Source: Vicugna vicugna (taxonomy: Eukaryota). From it: a stretch of 64,000 bases of DNA. The notes under the pieces are model-generated. The model did no database searches, was not told the origin of the DNA, and was given only the letters and a program-made list of their open reading frames with translations. The translations under genes and the position numbers were made by a program. The stretch spans positions 1 through 64,000 of the forward strand of contig MU057786.1 in assembly GCA_013265495.1 (NCBI GenBank), given 5' to 3'. Each line of letters begins with the position of its first letter. Position 1 is the stretch's first letter. This document shows positions 1 to 13,079 of this stretch, in pieces.

Positions 1-2454
1 GAGCTGACAGCAAAGATGAGGAGGCCAGACCCACCGCACCCCGCAGCTCCAGCCTCAGCCATCTCTGATCCTGTCCATCCTTCTTCAGTGAACTGGTCCA
101 CCAGTGACATTCCCCCCGTCACCATTTCCACTCAACTGCTGCCCTCAGAAGTGGCTGCATTTGGTGAATTTGGTTGACTTTTTTCCTTTCAACAGACCAC
201 TGCAAAGGGAAGTGGGGTCCTCTAGGATCCGTGGCCCTTCCCCATCTCCCTTCCTCTCTACCTGCTCATCTTTCATTCTCTGCTGTGGGGCTTCTGTGAC
301 TTCGCTGCATCAGTACCATCCTTCCGATTTGTGTGGTGTCACCTTGAGCTTGCGAGTGATGTGAAGGGGGCTGCGTCATGGAAAACCTGCCTGAGAAGGG
401 TTAAGAGCTGAAAAATCAGTGGGGATGGAGTGGGTGCTTGCTAGGGGCAGTTAAAAAACAGGAAGAAGATCTGAAGGAGTTTCAGGTCACAGGCAGGAGA
501 GGAAATCCAAGGCAGAGAGAGAGGTCACCTGTCCAAGGGGAAGATTGGTCCAGGGTCAGGGTCGCACGAACTGCAGTGCCTCCCTGCACCTCCTCCACAG
601 TCCAGGGTCTTCAGAAGCAAACTGTGGCCCTGCCAGGCCCAGTCTGGAGCCCTGTCGCAGCCTCCTTTCTCCATCACCTGAGCCGGCCAATGGCCACACC
701 CATGGGGCTCCTCCGTGGGCAGGTTACAGAACTCAAAGGACAAAGCCAGGTCCCAGTGAATAGCCAGTCTGGCTGAAGCACAACCAGTGCCCTCTCTCCT
801 GGACCCCCAGGCTCCTAGCAAGGAGGGGGCTGCAGGTGACAAAGGCAGAGCGTGAGCAGACGTTAGCTCGGTCTGCCCTTCCCTCTTCAGGTATTTCCAG
901 CATCCTAGCTGGAGGTAGGGTCCAGGTCCCAGCGCTGGTCAGCTGGTTACTGGGAGCTTCTGAGAAGGAGTTGCCCTCACCCACCACAGGAGTGAAGACT
1001 TCTGCTCATCCTTCAAACCCAGGCCTTATGCCTCCTCCTCAAGGAGGCCTTCCTGACCTGCCACCCATTCCACTCCCAGGGGACTCTGCAGCTCCGTCCC
1101 TTATTTGTATCAAGTACACCCAATAACTGCCTTACTCATGATTTTATATTTGTGTGTTTATGCCAGTCTCCCCAGCAGGCGTGTAGGCTCCAAGGTAAGG
1201 TCAGCCCCTCTGCCAGCACAAGGCTTGGCAGAGAGCAGGCTGTTCGGCAAGACCACCCGGACGGCAGCACCGTCCCAGCTCACTATGGTCCCTGGAACAG
1301 GAGGGAGGAGTTATTTCCAGGAAGAAGAGTTCTTTGGCTAAACAGACCTCAGGAGAGCTCTCTGCAAACAAAAGCTAAACAGATCTCTGCTGTGGGATGT
1401 CACAGGGCCGTTAGTCCACGGATGTGCACGGCGGTTCTCTGTCGGAGACGAGGTAGGCGGGGAGCCCAGGGTGACTCCTGGAAGAGTAATTACAGAAAGG
1501 ATTTAGCCAACACTGCTCTCCAGCTGCTCAGAGGCTGACACAGACCTGCTGTGCCCACCCCCGCGCCCCACCACACACACGGCTCCCAGGGATGTTCCTA
1601 TTGGGAAGAGGCACTTGTGCTGAACGGTCAGCACATTCAGAAGACAGGCCCTGGGCTTAGGAGGGTTCCCAAGGGGTGGCCACTCTGTTCTTTAGTTGTA
1701 GAGTCATCTGTCTTTCCTTTCACTGTGTCCAAGTCAAGCTCCTCCATCTTCAACTTCCCAGGACATGAACAGAAATTTCCAACATTTACATTTCTTGGTA
1801 TCAAGCTGATCCTCCCCTCCTTTGGATTTATAAGTGTAGCCTATGATGGGGAAAGGGCAAGGAGAAAAGAGGACAGGTGTTGACAGTTCTGATGCTTTTG
1901 AGCTAGGCAAGTCGTTTCAGGATGTTTAAATATGCAAGAATAACATACCCTGATGGGCAACAATCAGTGCCTCACCTGGTGCCACAGCAAAACTGCCTGA
2001 GACACTCAGCTCCATAACTGTCCCACAAGGAGCGAGTTCTTTTTTCCTCCTGGAGTCAAAACATGAATTTTAAGCTCTTCAGACAAACATGTCTGCTGCT
2101 CCAGATTTCAGGTCAAAATCATCAGCACTCTGAGAGTTTGTACCTCTCTGCCTTAAATTTGTCCCGGCACCTTGGTCCAATCACTCACTCACTGTGTCAG
2201 AGTCCCCATGGGAAAAGTGGGCTGATGATACCAACCTCCTAGGATTATTGTGAGGATGAAAGGAGCAGGTAGGTGGAAAACAAGCTGGCACAGACGATGT
2301 TCAGCAGGTATTAGTTATATCTGGATCGCAGATGACTTACTGATGAGGCTTTCAGTTCAGCTTCACTAGATTCCAGTTGTGGTTGTAACTGTGGTTGACC
2401 TCAGCCATAGGTAAATTTCTTTTAATTATTTACTTGATCAAAAAAATACATCTT

Positions 2455-2957
2455 AAGAGAAAGAAAAATACTGTATGATATCACTCATATGCGGAATCTG
2501 AAAAAAAAAGACACAACTGATCTTATCTACAAAACAGAAACAGACTCCTAGGAATAGTAAACAAACTTATCCTAACTGGGTTGGGGGTGGGGGAAAGAAA
2601 TAGGAAGGGATAAATTGGGAGTTCGAGATTTGCAACTATTATTATATATTAAATAGATAAACAACTAGGGGAGGGTATCACTGAAGTGGTAGAGTGCATT
2701 CTTAGCATTCATGAGGTCCTGGGCTCAATCCCCAGCACCTCCTCCAAAAAATAAATAAGTAAACCTAATTACTTCCCCCCATTAAAAAAAAGAATTAAAA
2801 AAAAAACAAGTTTATACTGTATAGCACAGAGAACTATATTCAATATCTTGTAGTAACCTATAATGAAAAAAATATGAAAACGAATATATGTATGTATGTG
2901 TATGACTGAAACATGCTGTACACCAGAATTGTAACTGACTATGCTTCAATAAAAAAG
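2455..2957 (+). mobile_element. Young L1 3' UTR fragment
   Basis: ATGATATCACTCATATGCGGAATCT...CTGTACACCAGAA...CTTCAATAAAAAA, similar to the L1 3' end at 44000-44388. Confidence 0.85.
2668..2806 (+). mobile_element. tRNA-derived SINE (vic-1-like) inside an L1 3' end
   Basis: GGGGAGGGTAT...GTGGTAGAGTGCATTCTTAGCA...GGGCTCAATCCCCAG head, AAACCTAATTAC tail, poly-A. Confidence 0.85.
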
Positions 2958-3208
2958 ATACACATCTTTATATATAAAATGTGGGAAGGCAGTAAAGTAC
3001 AAATAAGCCAAAAAAATCACCAGTCACTGTATCTGACCATATTGCAAACTCCCATGCCTTTCTCCCACATCTCCATTGTAAAGGCTGCCCGAGGTACCAT
3101 TTCATGGATCCATTTCTATCCCCTATTGTTGGCTTCTTTGATTACTTCCGGTTATTGACTGTTGCTAAGAATGTTGTAATAAATCTCCTTAAAAAAAAAT
3201 ATTGAGGT

Positions 3209-3360
3209 GGGGGGGGTATAGCTCAGTGGTAGAGTGTGTGCTTAGCATGCCTGAGGTCCTGGGTTCAATCCCCAGTACTGCCATTAAAAAAACAAAGAAA
3301 CCTAATTGCCTTCTCCTCCAAAATCAAACAAAACAAAACAAAAAAACCAAAACAAAAAAA
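3209..3360 (+). mobile_element. tRNA-derived SINE (vic-1-like)
   Basis: GGGTATAGCTCAGTGGTAGAG (A box)...GGTTCAATCCC (B box), CCTAATT tail, (CAAAA)n. Confidence 0.9.
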
Positions 3361-5399
3361 GAAATCTTGGTGCACATCTACTGCTAATTCTTTAGGAGAG
3401 ATTCTTAGAAGTGAAAATTTTAAGACAAAGCATGAGAATAATTGTAAAGGGCCATTTGTATCAGGGGTTAATCAATTCCTCAAAGAGTGGTGGGAGTTTG
3501 GACCCTGTATGTGACCTGCTGACCTGCATGCATGGCCTGCCTGCTGTCAACAGTTCCAATAACATGGCCAAACTTTTTAGAGCAACCCTTCTCAGGATTT
3601 GAACCAAGGTCTCTACCGTACACTTTCTCCCTCCAGCTTTTCTGCATCTCTAAGAGAACTGGTTGAGCTTTGCCTTTTGTTGTTTATTTGATTCAAATCC
3701 TAGGTTTATTAAATATGTTTTTAACCTTTGAAGTTTCCTCCACATGTCATATTCTGGCATTCTTCCCAGAAAGCAGGACCTCGCACTCCCCACATGAAGA
3801 ATCACTCAGTTTACTTGACTTTGTAGCCAGTCCCCTAGCTGTCAGGAGCAGTGCTGCAGTGTTGCTGGCTGGACACAGGATGCAAAAGCCTAAAGCTGAT
3901 TCTGCGTTCCTGTTCCTGTCACCCCCCACCTCCACTCTCCTCTAGTGCACCAGGGTAGCCCCATCCCCTTTTTGCACAGCCAGGGTTTCCTTTTCAGTTT
4001 CCACCTGGACCCAGGCAGGAGGTGTCTCTGCTCCCTGGCTTCACCCTAAAAAGATACATCCTTCCTGGGGAAGCAGAAGGTCTTCCATCTCTCCCCCTCA
4101 TCCCAGAGCTGCTCCCTGCTCTCTCAAGGCCAACTTCACTCCTTCTTCTCTGGAATACACTTCTTATCTATTTCCCTGAGCAGGGGGGCCTTATGCTGTA
4201 GCTAAAAGTCTAGCCAAGCCAAGGAAAAGGCTTGAGGGTAAATTGTATCCTCTTATTCTTCTTTTTGTTTGTAGTAAGGAGAGATTTTATTTGAAAGGAT
4301 TATTGCAAGGGGGAAAGGGACTACTGCCATAGGGAGCATGCATGTGTGTAAAGAGTTAGGCAAAAAGTGGTTTTCTATTATAGAGAGGAGTGACAGGGCT
4401 AGGAAATTTTTCACCCTGAGCCCAGTCAATTGTCAGGAGAGGCTGTATGCTGCCCCAGGCAGAGAATGGGCCACAGTTCACAGGCCTGGAGGAAGGAGAG
4501 AAGCTTAACCAAAGTGTAGTTAACAGGCATTTTGTCCAGTTGATCAGTGGGAGTGAAACAGTTCAGCTAATCATTTGTTAGGCAAAGAATGGGAATTTGT
4601 AGGGTTAGTGTCTAGCCTTGTCTTTGGTCAGCAATGGGGCATCCTTGAGTGTTACCTTCATCATTTGGGTAAGAGTGATTTTTTTTGTTGTAAGCTGTTT
4701 TCCTAAATTGTCTCCTCTTCAAAGATCAGGAGTCCTGGGGCCCCTAGTCTGAATGGCGTGTAACAATACAGCCTAAACCCCTCCTCCACTTACTCATGAG
4801 GAAATGGAGGCCCAGGGAGGCGTGGGGCGTGTCCCAGGCCACCCAATGAGAAAGCGTCGTAGTCCAGATTAGGATGAGGGTCTTCTCCTGACCCTCTGCT
4901 GACTGCGACCCAAGTCAAAGTCTTGACTGTTTCCCTGCCTTTGGCAGGTGCGGGACGTTTTGAGTTCCTATCATATGAGGACACAATGGATCAGACCTCG
5001 CCCCAGGTCCCTGCCCCAGGCGGTGAAACTGACCAAGGAACAGTACACTTGCACACACTTTACTTGTATGGACGCATTTGTTCCTTATAACCCAGCAGGG
5101 CAGTTATTATTATGCCCCATTTTATAGACAAACAAACTGAGGCCAGTGAAGTTGAGTAATTTGCTTATAGTCTCACAACAGATAACGAGCAGAGCTGGGA
5201 CTTGAATCTAGGCTGATTAAGCTAGATATCTGCAGTTGCAAGCATAGGAGGGTGGTGCCTGAGCTGAGCCTGGAAGAGCATTTTGGTAGCACGGGAAGGG
5301 AAAAAGGACTGCAGGAAAGGAAGAATAGGAGCCTCACGCAGATACAGCAACACAGAGCCCAGTCTCTATGCCCAAAGATCCCACAGGCACTGAGCCTGC

Positions 5400-6440
5400 T
5401 TCTCTGACGCTCCGCCCCCGTTTTAACCTTGGCTGTGGAGTGCTGGAGGGCCCTGCCCGGAAGGTGACCCGTTGATCATTTCAACTCCTGCAGTAACCGG
5501 TCTCCACCAGCAGGGGGTGAGGCGGAAGCGCCCTCGGCGAGCAGCCTTAGTACAGCCAGCCCGCCACCGGGGGGCGCTGCGGCTCCTCAAGAAAGGAAAT
5601 GGCGCCCACAGCGATACTGGCCGCGAGGAGTGGGAGCACAGCTGGGCCCTTGGGTGCTGGGCACTGGGGTTACAAGAGGTACAAGAAATAGTTCCTGCCT
5701 TCCAGGAGCCCACGGTGGGTCCCCTAGACACATGGTTAACTAATTAACTGCTCTGACAACTGGTTCCCACTGAAAGGCCCAAGGCGGGGGGCGGCATTTG
5801 AGCCCCGATGTAGGATTCGTCCATAGGCCGTTCTCGGACCGGATGGCTGTGAGGGTGCCGGCTCCCACGTGGGGTGGCGGGGTGTGGTGTGGAGAGGGGT
5901 GTGCAGAGGCCCCAGGGGGTCGGCGGGTAGGCGGCTGGGGCTGCAGGCCTGGGCCTCTGTGCGCTGGAGCTTCAGGGCCGTCCCCGCCCCCCGCCCCCCA
6001 TGTGCTGCCTCCCCGGTGCTCTTCATCTTGGTAAGCGCGTAGCTCAGGGACACAGAAAAGAGGCCCCTGGTGTTAAGACCACTGGCAAATGCTGGAAGCC
6101 GCGGGCAGGGATGAAATACTACGGACCTCCTGTCCTCTTAGTTCCTAGCCCTCCTGGTGCTCGGTCTCCGGTCCCAGCTGTGGGGCCACCTTGCTGCGGA
6201 ACTTGGGACCCAGACGCCATAGGTCTTGGGGCTCAGTGATTGCATCTGTAAAAGGGGTCTTTCGTATGCATAACTATGTTGAAAATGAAAAATGTTAGTC
6301 AGAAGCCACAGGGTGGGGATAGATAAGTCAAATAGCACCAGAACAGCCCCTGTTGCTTCCTGTTGACCTGAAGGCGCACCCCGGTCTTCTTTGGGAGATG
6401 AGGCAGCTGGGGGCAGCCGACTCCCTCCCTCGGCTGCTTT
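5400..6440. promoter_or_regulatory. GC/CpG-enriched patch with CTCF-like motifs
   Basis: Elevated CpG. CCAGCAGGGGGTGA at 5507-5520 and CCGCCACCGGGGGGCGCTG at 5561-5579. Confidence 0.55.
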
Positions 6441-8835
6441 AGTTCTGGGCAGGGCCCTTGGAAAGCCAGGATCTATCTTTGCCCTTGGAGAACAATTCAT
6501 CTCCGCAGAGTGTGTAAAATTTGATAGGCCGAGTTTTGCAGCAAGGAAACAGTATATCTGGTAGATGTATTTTCATTCTATTTTTAAAGATGGAACAAAG
6601 ACTCTCTGTTTTCAAATTTTCTATTCAGAAATTAACCCATCATGTTGTTGAAACCCACATTCAAACGGCTGAAAATCGACTTAAACAAAACACATGCGAA
6701 GACGGACTGACTGAGGTTGGTAACTGGAGACTTCAGTCCAGGGCAGCCCAAGTGGTCGGCTTGGAGGTGGGCGGGCGCTTACTGCCAGCACCCATCGCTG
6801 GATGGGGACGCCTGTTTTTGCTCACAGTCCTTCCTCCCACAGGCACTGGCGGCATGGGGTTGCCCGGGCAGCAGGCCAGGAACCGGTGTATCATTTCAAG
6901 CAGATCCTTTTGTCATTTACGAATAATTCTGGTGAGAGGTGATACGGGCACTTGGAGGTGCCCAGGGTTTGCCAGGGAGGGGGCTCCTCCTCCCACTCCT
7001 CTCTGCCAGTTTCCAGCCCCAGAGCAGACTTGTCCACCCCAGATGGGGAGCCCATGTCTCTTTTAGAGACTCCAGAAGAGGCACAAGGGACTTTGTTGCA
7101 AGCTACATGTGCATAGCACTGCACAACCTTTTCCTTTAAATAGTATATTACAGACCAACGCAAATCACAATTTTCCAAAGTTGCTTTTATTTACACATTT
7201 CACTGCAACACAACGGAAAATGTAATTATCTATTATTTATAATGATGAAGGAGGAGGAGGAGGAAGGCCTGAGGGGAGCTGATGGGGAATAAGGGAGATA
7301 AAGCCCTCTGGTCCTCCCCTCTCCCCTGCCCCTGTCCCTCTTTGCTCCTAAACAATTCCTTTTTAATGTTAGAGATAAAAGGGTCAGCAATGAGGTCAAG
7401 AAATGCACTTGGCCAGGCTTTAGGGGTGCCACAGTCAGACTGTATGTAATTTCGTCCCCCAATTGTTAAGGAGCTTTCAGCACAGACCAGACTAGGTGCA
7501 GAAGTGCTTCAGCTTTTTGCACAGAAGCTGGCCTTGGAGGAGAGTAATTGAGTTTCCAGAAGACATGATGCAGCCCCAGGCACAGATTTGTTTTCTGCAA
7601 CTGTGCGTTCCAGGAGAGGATTTTGAGGAACCTGGGAATCTTATCTATCCCTCATCTGTCCTGCAGAATGCTTCTAGTCTCTTTATGGGTATCTAATCTC
7701 TTTATGGGGTATCCTGATACCACTGAGTTCCTTTTGTAAATTTGAGATACGTAAATTTAAGCAAGTGATGTGCCTGGTCATGCCATCAGTCAGAGCTTAC
7801 TGTTGATAGCATCAATATCTTGGTGGTGGTATTATCCTTAATACATAAAGAGCTCATATAAATCAAATAAGAAATGAGTATCCCAGTTGAAAAATGGGCA
7901 AAAGACATGAAAAATATAACTCACAAAATGTTAAAGGTGCCCTGTATTAGATGAAACTGGCCTTCACCTTCTATGACTAGACATGTAATTTTATACAATC
8001 TTTTAATTGAGAATAGTTTCAAAATTGTTGAAATGTGTATACTCTTAGATCAAGCAATTCCACTTCTAGAAAATTATCCTCTGGAAACAACTGTCCAACT
8101 AAGCAGAGACAGATGTGCAAGGATTTCCCTGGCAGCACTATTTATTATATAGGCACATTGGAAAAAGCATGAAAGTCCATGAAGACTGGATTGGTTACAC
8201 ACTGGTATAACCACACAATGGAACACCGTGTAACTGTTAAGAAGCATACGGTAGATTCAAGCCTCTTAATGTCTGCCAGCCTACCCGCAACGTATTGTCA
8301 AGTAAAGAAAGCAGATTAAAAACCAGTATGTTCCCTATGAGTTCATCTACATAAAAATATAAATCTATATGTGCATAGAAAGTCTGGAAATTTATATAGC
8401 ACATTAAACTTTTGCATGTGGCTGGCTTTGGGAAGGATTTTAAATTTCCTATTTTCTACTCTTCTGGATTAAAAAAAAACTTTGGTAATATTTCTTAATG
8501 TTATAATCAGTAAAAATAATAGAATTTCCATTTGGGGAGAAAATAAATATTCCAACACTTGAATTCCAACATGGTTTTTATGAGTTAGCTTTATATTGGT
8601 TTGATATCATTTTAAATCCACTTGTTTATGACTTAAATGAAGTTGTTTTAATCCACTTGTTTGTGGCAGAGACCAAAAAAGTGGTTTTTAGAGGTAAAAT
8701 GGTTTTGATATAAGAGTGAAGTCAGTTGTGTCAGGATGTCATCACCTGGCCTGTTGTCACTGATGAGCACCCAGTAGCCCAGCTGCTGACGGCCCTGCTG
8801 GGGGCTCAGTGATGAGAGCACGTGAGGAAGCAATG

Positions 8836-9137
8836 CGGGCGCGCCTCGGAGATGTTACAGGCTGAGTTCTAGACCACCACAATAAAGCAAGGCACACAAA
8901 CTTTTCGGTTTCCCAGTGCAAGTGAAAGTTATCTTTACACTGTACTGCAGTCTATTAAGTGTGCAATAGCATTATATCTATAAAATGTCCATACCTTAAT
9001 TTAGAAATACATTATTGCTTAAAAAAAGTGCTACTCATCATCTGACAAAGAAAGATTGCCTCAAACCTTCAATTGGTAAAAACCACAATATTTGCCAAGT
9101 GCAATGAAGGGAAGCACAATAAAACGAGGCGTGCCTG
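8836..9137. mobile_element. Internally deleted Tigger1-type DNA transposon (~300 bp)
   Basis: Termini CGGGCGCGCCTCGGAGATGTT and AATAAAACGAGGCGTGCCTG correspond to Tigger1 TIRs. Confidence 0.85.
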
Positions 9138-9929
9138 TCAGTGCTGAGCATTTGTGGGGCTATCTGAGAGTGTTCGTCTGGGCAGGTGACCCTTTGCTGA
9201 TCTAAACAGCTCTCCGAAGTCTGGGGCATTAGCTCTTGCGTGGAAAGGGTGACTGTTTTACTGGCAGTGGGGAAGGCCACTCAGCGGTTTCCCCAAAGAG
9301 ATCATCTTGCCCATTAACAGCAGCGCCCTCGTTCCCTAGCAATGAGCTCTAGCAGCTGGAGACTTGTCCTTTTGTGCTGGCAGCTGGGCGTCAGCTAGCG
9401 TTTGGCTCAGGCATCTGTGCTCTCCCAGCTTGTACAAAGGGACACCTCAGACTAAATTTGGACTTTATTCCTTTCACCTCCCCTTGCCTGGAACAATGGT
9501 GTGATTAATCTCTCATTGGTTTGAGGTATGTTATTTCTTTATTGGCTTTTTAAGAGATATCCCGTGTGCTTTTTGGCTTGTGAAATGAGCGCAGTGAACG
9601 TGTGTTAAGTACTTTGCTGGCAAAGACAGACTCAGTCCCTGAGCATTAATTTTGCCAAAATAAAATGAAACAGAACACTACCCCTCTCCGGGCCAGGGAC
9701 GAGGCCAGTCTTTTCACCTCAGTCTTATGTCCCGATGGGCACCTTGAATCCCAGGAGTGCAGGGAGCTTGGCCAGGATCACACAGACAGAGGTGAGTGAT
9801 CACCTCTCTTCAACTACATGTTTCACAAGGAACTTTTTGTTTTTCTTCTTCTGGGAGCCAGACCCTCCGTCCTGAGAACCTCCAGGTAGTTATCTTGGTA
9901 TCTTGTATTTTTCCATAGCAGATTCTCAG

Positions 9930-10377
9930 TACCCTACCTGTACCTGCTTAGCTTTATCATTCCATTGTGTGTTGGCTTGACTTCTGAAGGCCAGCACCTG
10001 CATCCAATTGCCTGAGAACATTCTCTGGAGCCCATCCTACCTTCAAAAATAATTCAGAAGTGACAGAGCTCATCCCTCCTCATAGCAGTCCTCTACTTAA
10101 TCACAGGCCGGAACTGGTGTATAAATACCCCAGCTCACTCACTCTGCGGGCATAACACTGAGCCTCGTGTTCTACATTGGCTTCCAGAGTTCCATGGCAA
10201 ATTGACCTCCAGTTGCTCGGAATGGTAACTTGCTTGATAACATAAAATGTTGACTTCCTTTCCTATCTTACTTTCCCACACCCTTAATGAGGTTTCTAGG
10301 AAGCCCTTCCCAAATAAATTACTTTCATTTATATCCATATGTCAGAATCTGCTTCTGGGGTTACTCAAATTAAGACG
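9930..10377 (+). mobile_element. Old ERVL-type LTR (LTR16-like)
   Basis: 3' end AATAAA...TCAGAATCTGCTTCTGGGGTTACTCAAATTAAGAC typical of the LTR16 family; left boundary uncertain. Confidence 0.55.
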
Positions 10378-10534
10378 CTATGCTTTGTTAGCAAGTAGGA
10401 AATGAGAATCCGCCAGGATGGAGGAGCCAAGAGTTCTGAGGGCAATAATCACACTTTGATGTCAGGTTAGGTCTCTGGAATAACCTAGAAAGAGGAAAAC
10501 ACCAAAATTCCCTCACAGCCCCAGTGCTGTAGGA

Positions 10535-10755
10535 CAGGGCTTGGCAAACTTTTCTGTCAAGGGCCAGGTAGGAAATCTTTTCGGCTTTGTGGTTCAAATG
10601 GTCTTGGTTGTAATTACCCAGCTTTGCCACTGTGGCATGAAAGCACTTACAGGCAATATGGCAAATATTGGGTGTGGCTGTGGTACAGTAACACTTTATT
10701 TGCAAGAGGGTAGCAGGCCAGATTTGGCTCACAGACTGAGTTTACTAACCTTTCC
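10535..10755. mobile_element. MER58A-like hAT element
   Basis: CAGGGCTTGGCAAACTTTTCTGTCAAGGGCCAG...GCAGGCCAGATTTGGC. Confidence 0.8.
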
Positions 10756-10969
10756 TCCAGGACAACAGAGAGAGGCCTGGCAATCAGCTGGCCAGAGTGG
10801 AGTGCTGGGTGGGAGGGGAGGCCAGTTGCTGCCTTAGACTCTGTGAGTCCAGCAGCAGGGTTCTCTGCCTGAGAGGCCGATGGCTGCGCTGCCAAGCCAG
10901 GAGATACGCCTTCATCTCTGCTGACAGGGGGGCACTCAGTGTCTTAGTTTCCAAGCTCAAGATAAGCTT

Positions 10970-11769
10970 GCCTTCTTGTTCTTTTTTTAATTGAAGTACA
11001 GTCAGTTTACAATGTTGTGTTAATTTCCGGTGTGCAGCATAGTGATTCATATATACATATATATATTCCTTTCATATTCTTTTTCATTATAGGCCATTAT
11101 AAGGTACTGAATATAGCTCCCTGTGCTGTACAGTAGGATTTTGTTGTTTATCTATTTTCTGTAAAGTAGTTAGTATCTACAAATCCCAAGCTCCCAGTTT
11201 ATCCTTCCCCACCCCCTTTCTCCCTGGTAACCACTAGTTTGTTTCCTATGTCTGTGAGTCTGTCTCTGTTTTGTAAATAAGTTCATTTGTATATTTATTT
11301 ATTTATTCATTTATTTTAGATTCCACAAATAAGTGATACCGTATGGTATTTATCTTTCTCTTTCTGGCTTACTTCACTTAGTATGAAGATCTCCAGGTCC
11401 ATCTATGATACTGCAAATGGCATTATTTTATTCTTTTTTATGACTGAGTAGCATTCCATTGTGTGTGTGTGTATGCATATATATATACCACAACTTCTTT
11501 ATCCAGTCATCTGTTGATGGACATTTAGGTTGCTTCCATGCCTTGGCTATTGTAAATAGTGCTGCTATGAATAGTGGAGTGCATGTATCTCTTTGAATTA
11601 GGGTTCCCTCTGAATATATGCCCAGGAGTGGGATTGCTGGATCATATAGTAAATCTTTTTTTAGTTTTTTAAGGAATCTCCATAATGTTTTCCAAAATGA
11701 CTGCACCAAATTACATTCCCACCAACAGTGTAGGAGGGTTCCCTTTTCTCCACACCCTCTCCAGCATTT
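10970..11769 (-). mobile_element. Young L1 3' end (ORF2 C-terminus plus 3' UTR)
   Basis: ORF ..[48 protein letters not shown]; candidate TSD CAAGATAAGCTT (10958-10969) / CGAGATAAGCTT (11770-11781). Confidence 0.92.
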
Positions 11770-13079
11770 CGAGATAAGCTTTCTACTTCATTTTTATGTG
11801 ATCACTTTTCCTAATGGGAAGAGTACTGCCCACTAGAAAAAAAAAAAGCAGCCCCCTAGAAGTAAAAGCAGCTTGATATTTTAAAAGACATATAAAATGG
11901 TGAATTCAACTGATATTTCAAATAAGACAGGGAATGCAAAACTTGATTACAAATAATTTATGAAGCAAGAAATGGAGTCATTTGGCTGGAAACTGAAGAC
12001 ATAGTATTGATAGATGACTGTGAGAAATCTTTGGTTATGGTACTGAAGAGTACTGAACCAAGTTCACCAAAAGAGAGTTGATTCAAAGACGGGTGACAGT
12101 ATTAGGAAGAAAATTATTCTAAATAATACAGGTTTCCTAATCTGGTGAATTACATTCTGGAAAATTTGCAAATAAACCAACAAAACTACATTTGGTTAGC
12201 TTTCCAATTTCTAAAAAGAATTGTCCATAGTGAGCTTCCTGCAGATTCGAGGTTGTGTTGTAGATGGAGTCTTTGGAGAGGCTGGTTTCTGAGCTGACCT
12301 AAAAAGGCAGTGAGCCCCAGAATGAGGAATAGAGACGATCAGGCTAAATTTATTTTCTTCTTTGACGGTGTTACTGGGCTGGTGCGTCAGAAAGTGCAGA
12401 AGACAGAGGGCGTGGTGGAAGCATGCTTTGAAATATTAATCTTTGTGCTTTTCCCTTTTTACTTCCGAGTACCTTGTGGCCCTCCCCAGACCAATCATCC
12501 AAGCCCTTCTCCCAGTCCTGTCTCAAGAGAGGTCAGTTACTTCAAATGGGCACAGATATCAAAGTACTCTTTGAGTTTTAAAATAGGCTTTTGGAATATG
12601 TGACAAAGACAACACTTTGATAGAAAGGGTTTTAGAATTCCCAAAGCCTTCCATTGCCTTGGATGTCAAAAATGAAACCCAAAAGAACTCAGGGCATCTA
12701 ACTTATGCCATAAATTGCTGTTTTGGGGAAGTATAGGTAAAATGCCAGATTAACCCCACTTCATACATTTGAGATAAAAGTTCCACTCCCAGGGGAAGGG
12801 CAGGACAAATATGACCTAGCAAAGAGATTTGAAGGGTTCAAGGCAAGGTCACATGGACATGAACTGCATGGAAAACAAGATTAGAATCAGCATGAAAAAA
12901 TGGCATAAAATGCCTTGGAGAGGGGAGTTCCCTTTTAACTTCAAAGTTCTTCAAAATCCAGAAGTCATAGACTACAAATCAATCAATTTGATTACATAAT
13001 ATCTAGCCATTTCTGGATGGAAAAAAAAATTTAAACAAAACAAATACTCCAGAAACAAATCATCAAAACAAATGACAGA

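Noticed and set aside
1..2000. OPN4 or other neighbouring-gene exons at the left edge
   Set aside because: No opsin-like or otherwise recognisable translation in any listed frame.
3209..3285. tRNA-Ala-like gene (and similar heads in other copies)
   Set aside because: Followed by SINE tails and poly-A, often with TSDs, and repeated nine times with decay; these are SINEs, not tRNA genes.
6521..7066. 181-aa ORF
   Set aside because: TTG start, composition changes midway, no family resemblance and no supporting splice structure.
7675..8665. Short direct repeats (TCTCTTTATGGGTATC x2 at ~7678-7714; AATCCACTTGTTT x2 at ~8615-8662) as an array
   Set aside because: Only two copies each; ordinary slippage duplications, nothing CRISPR-like.
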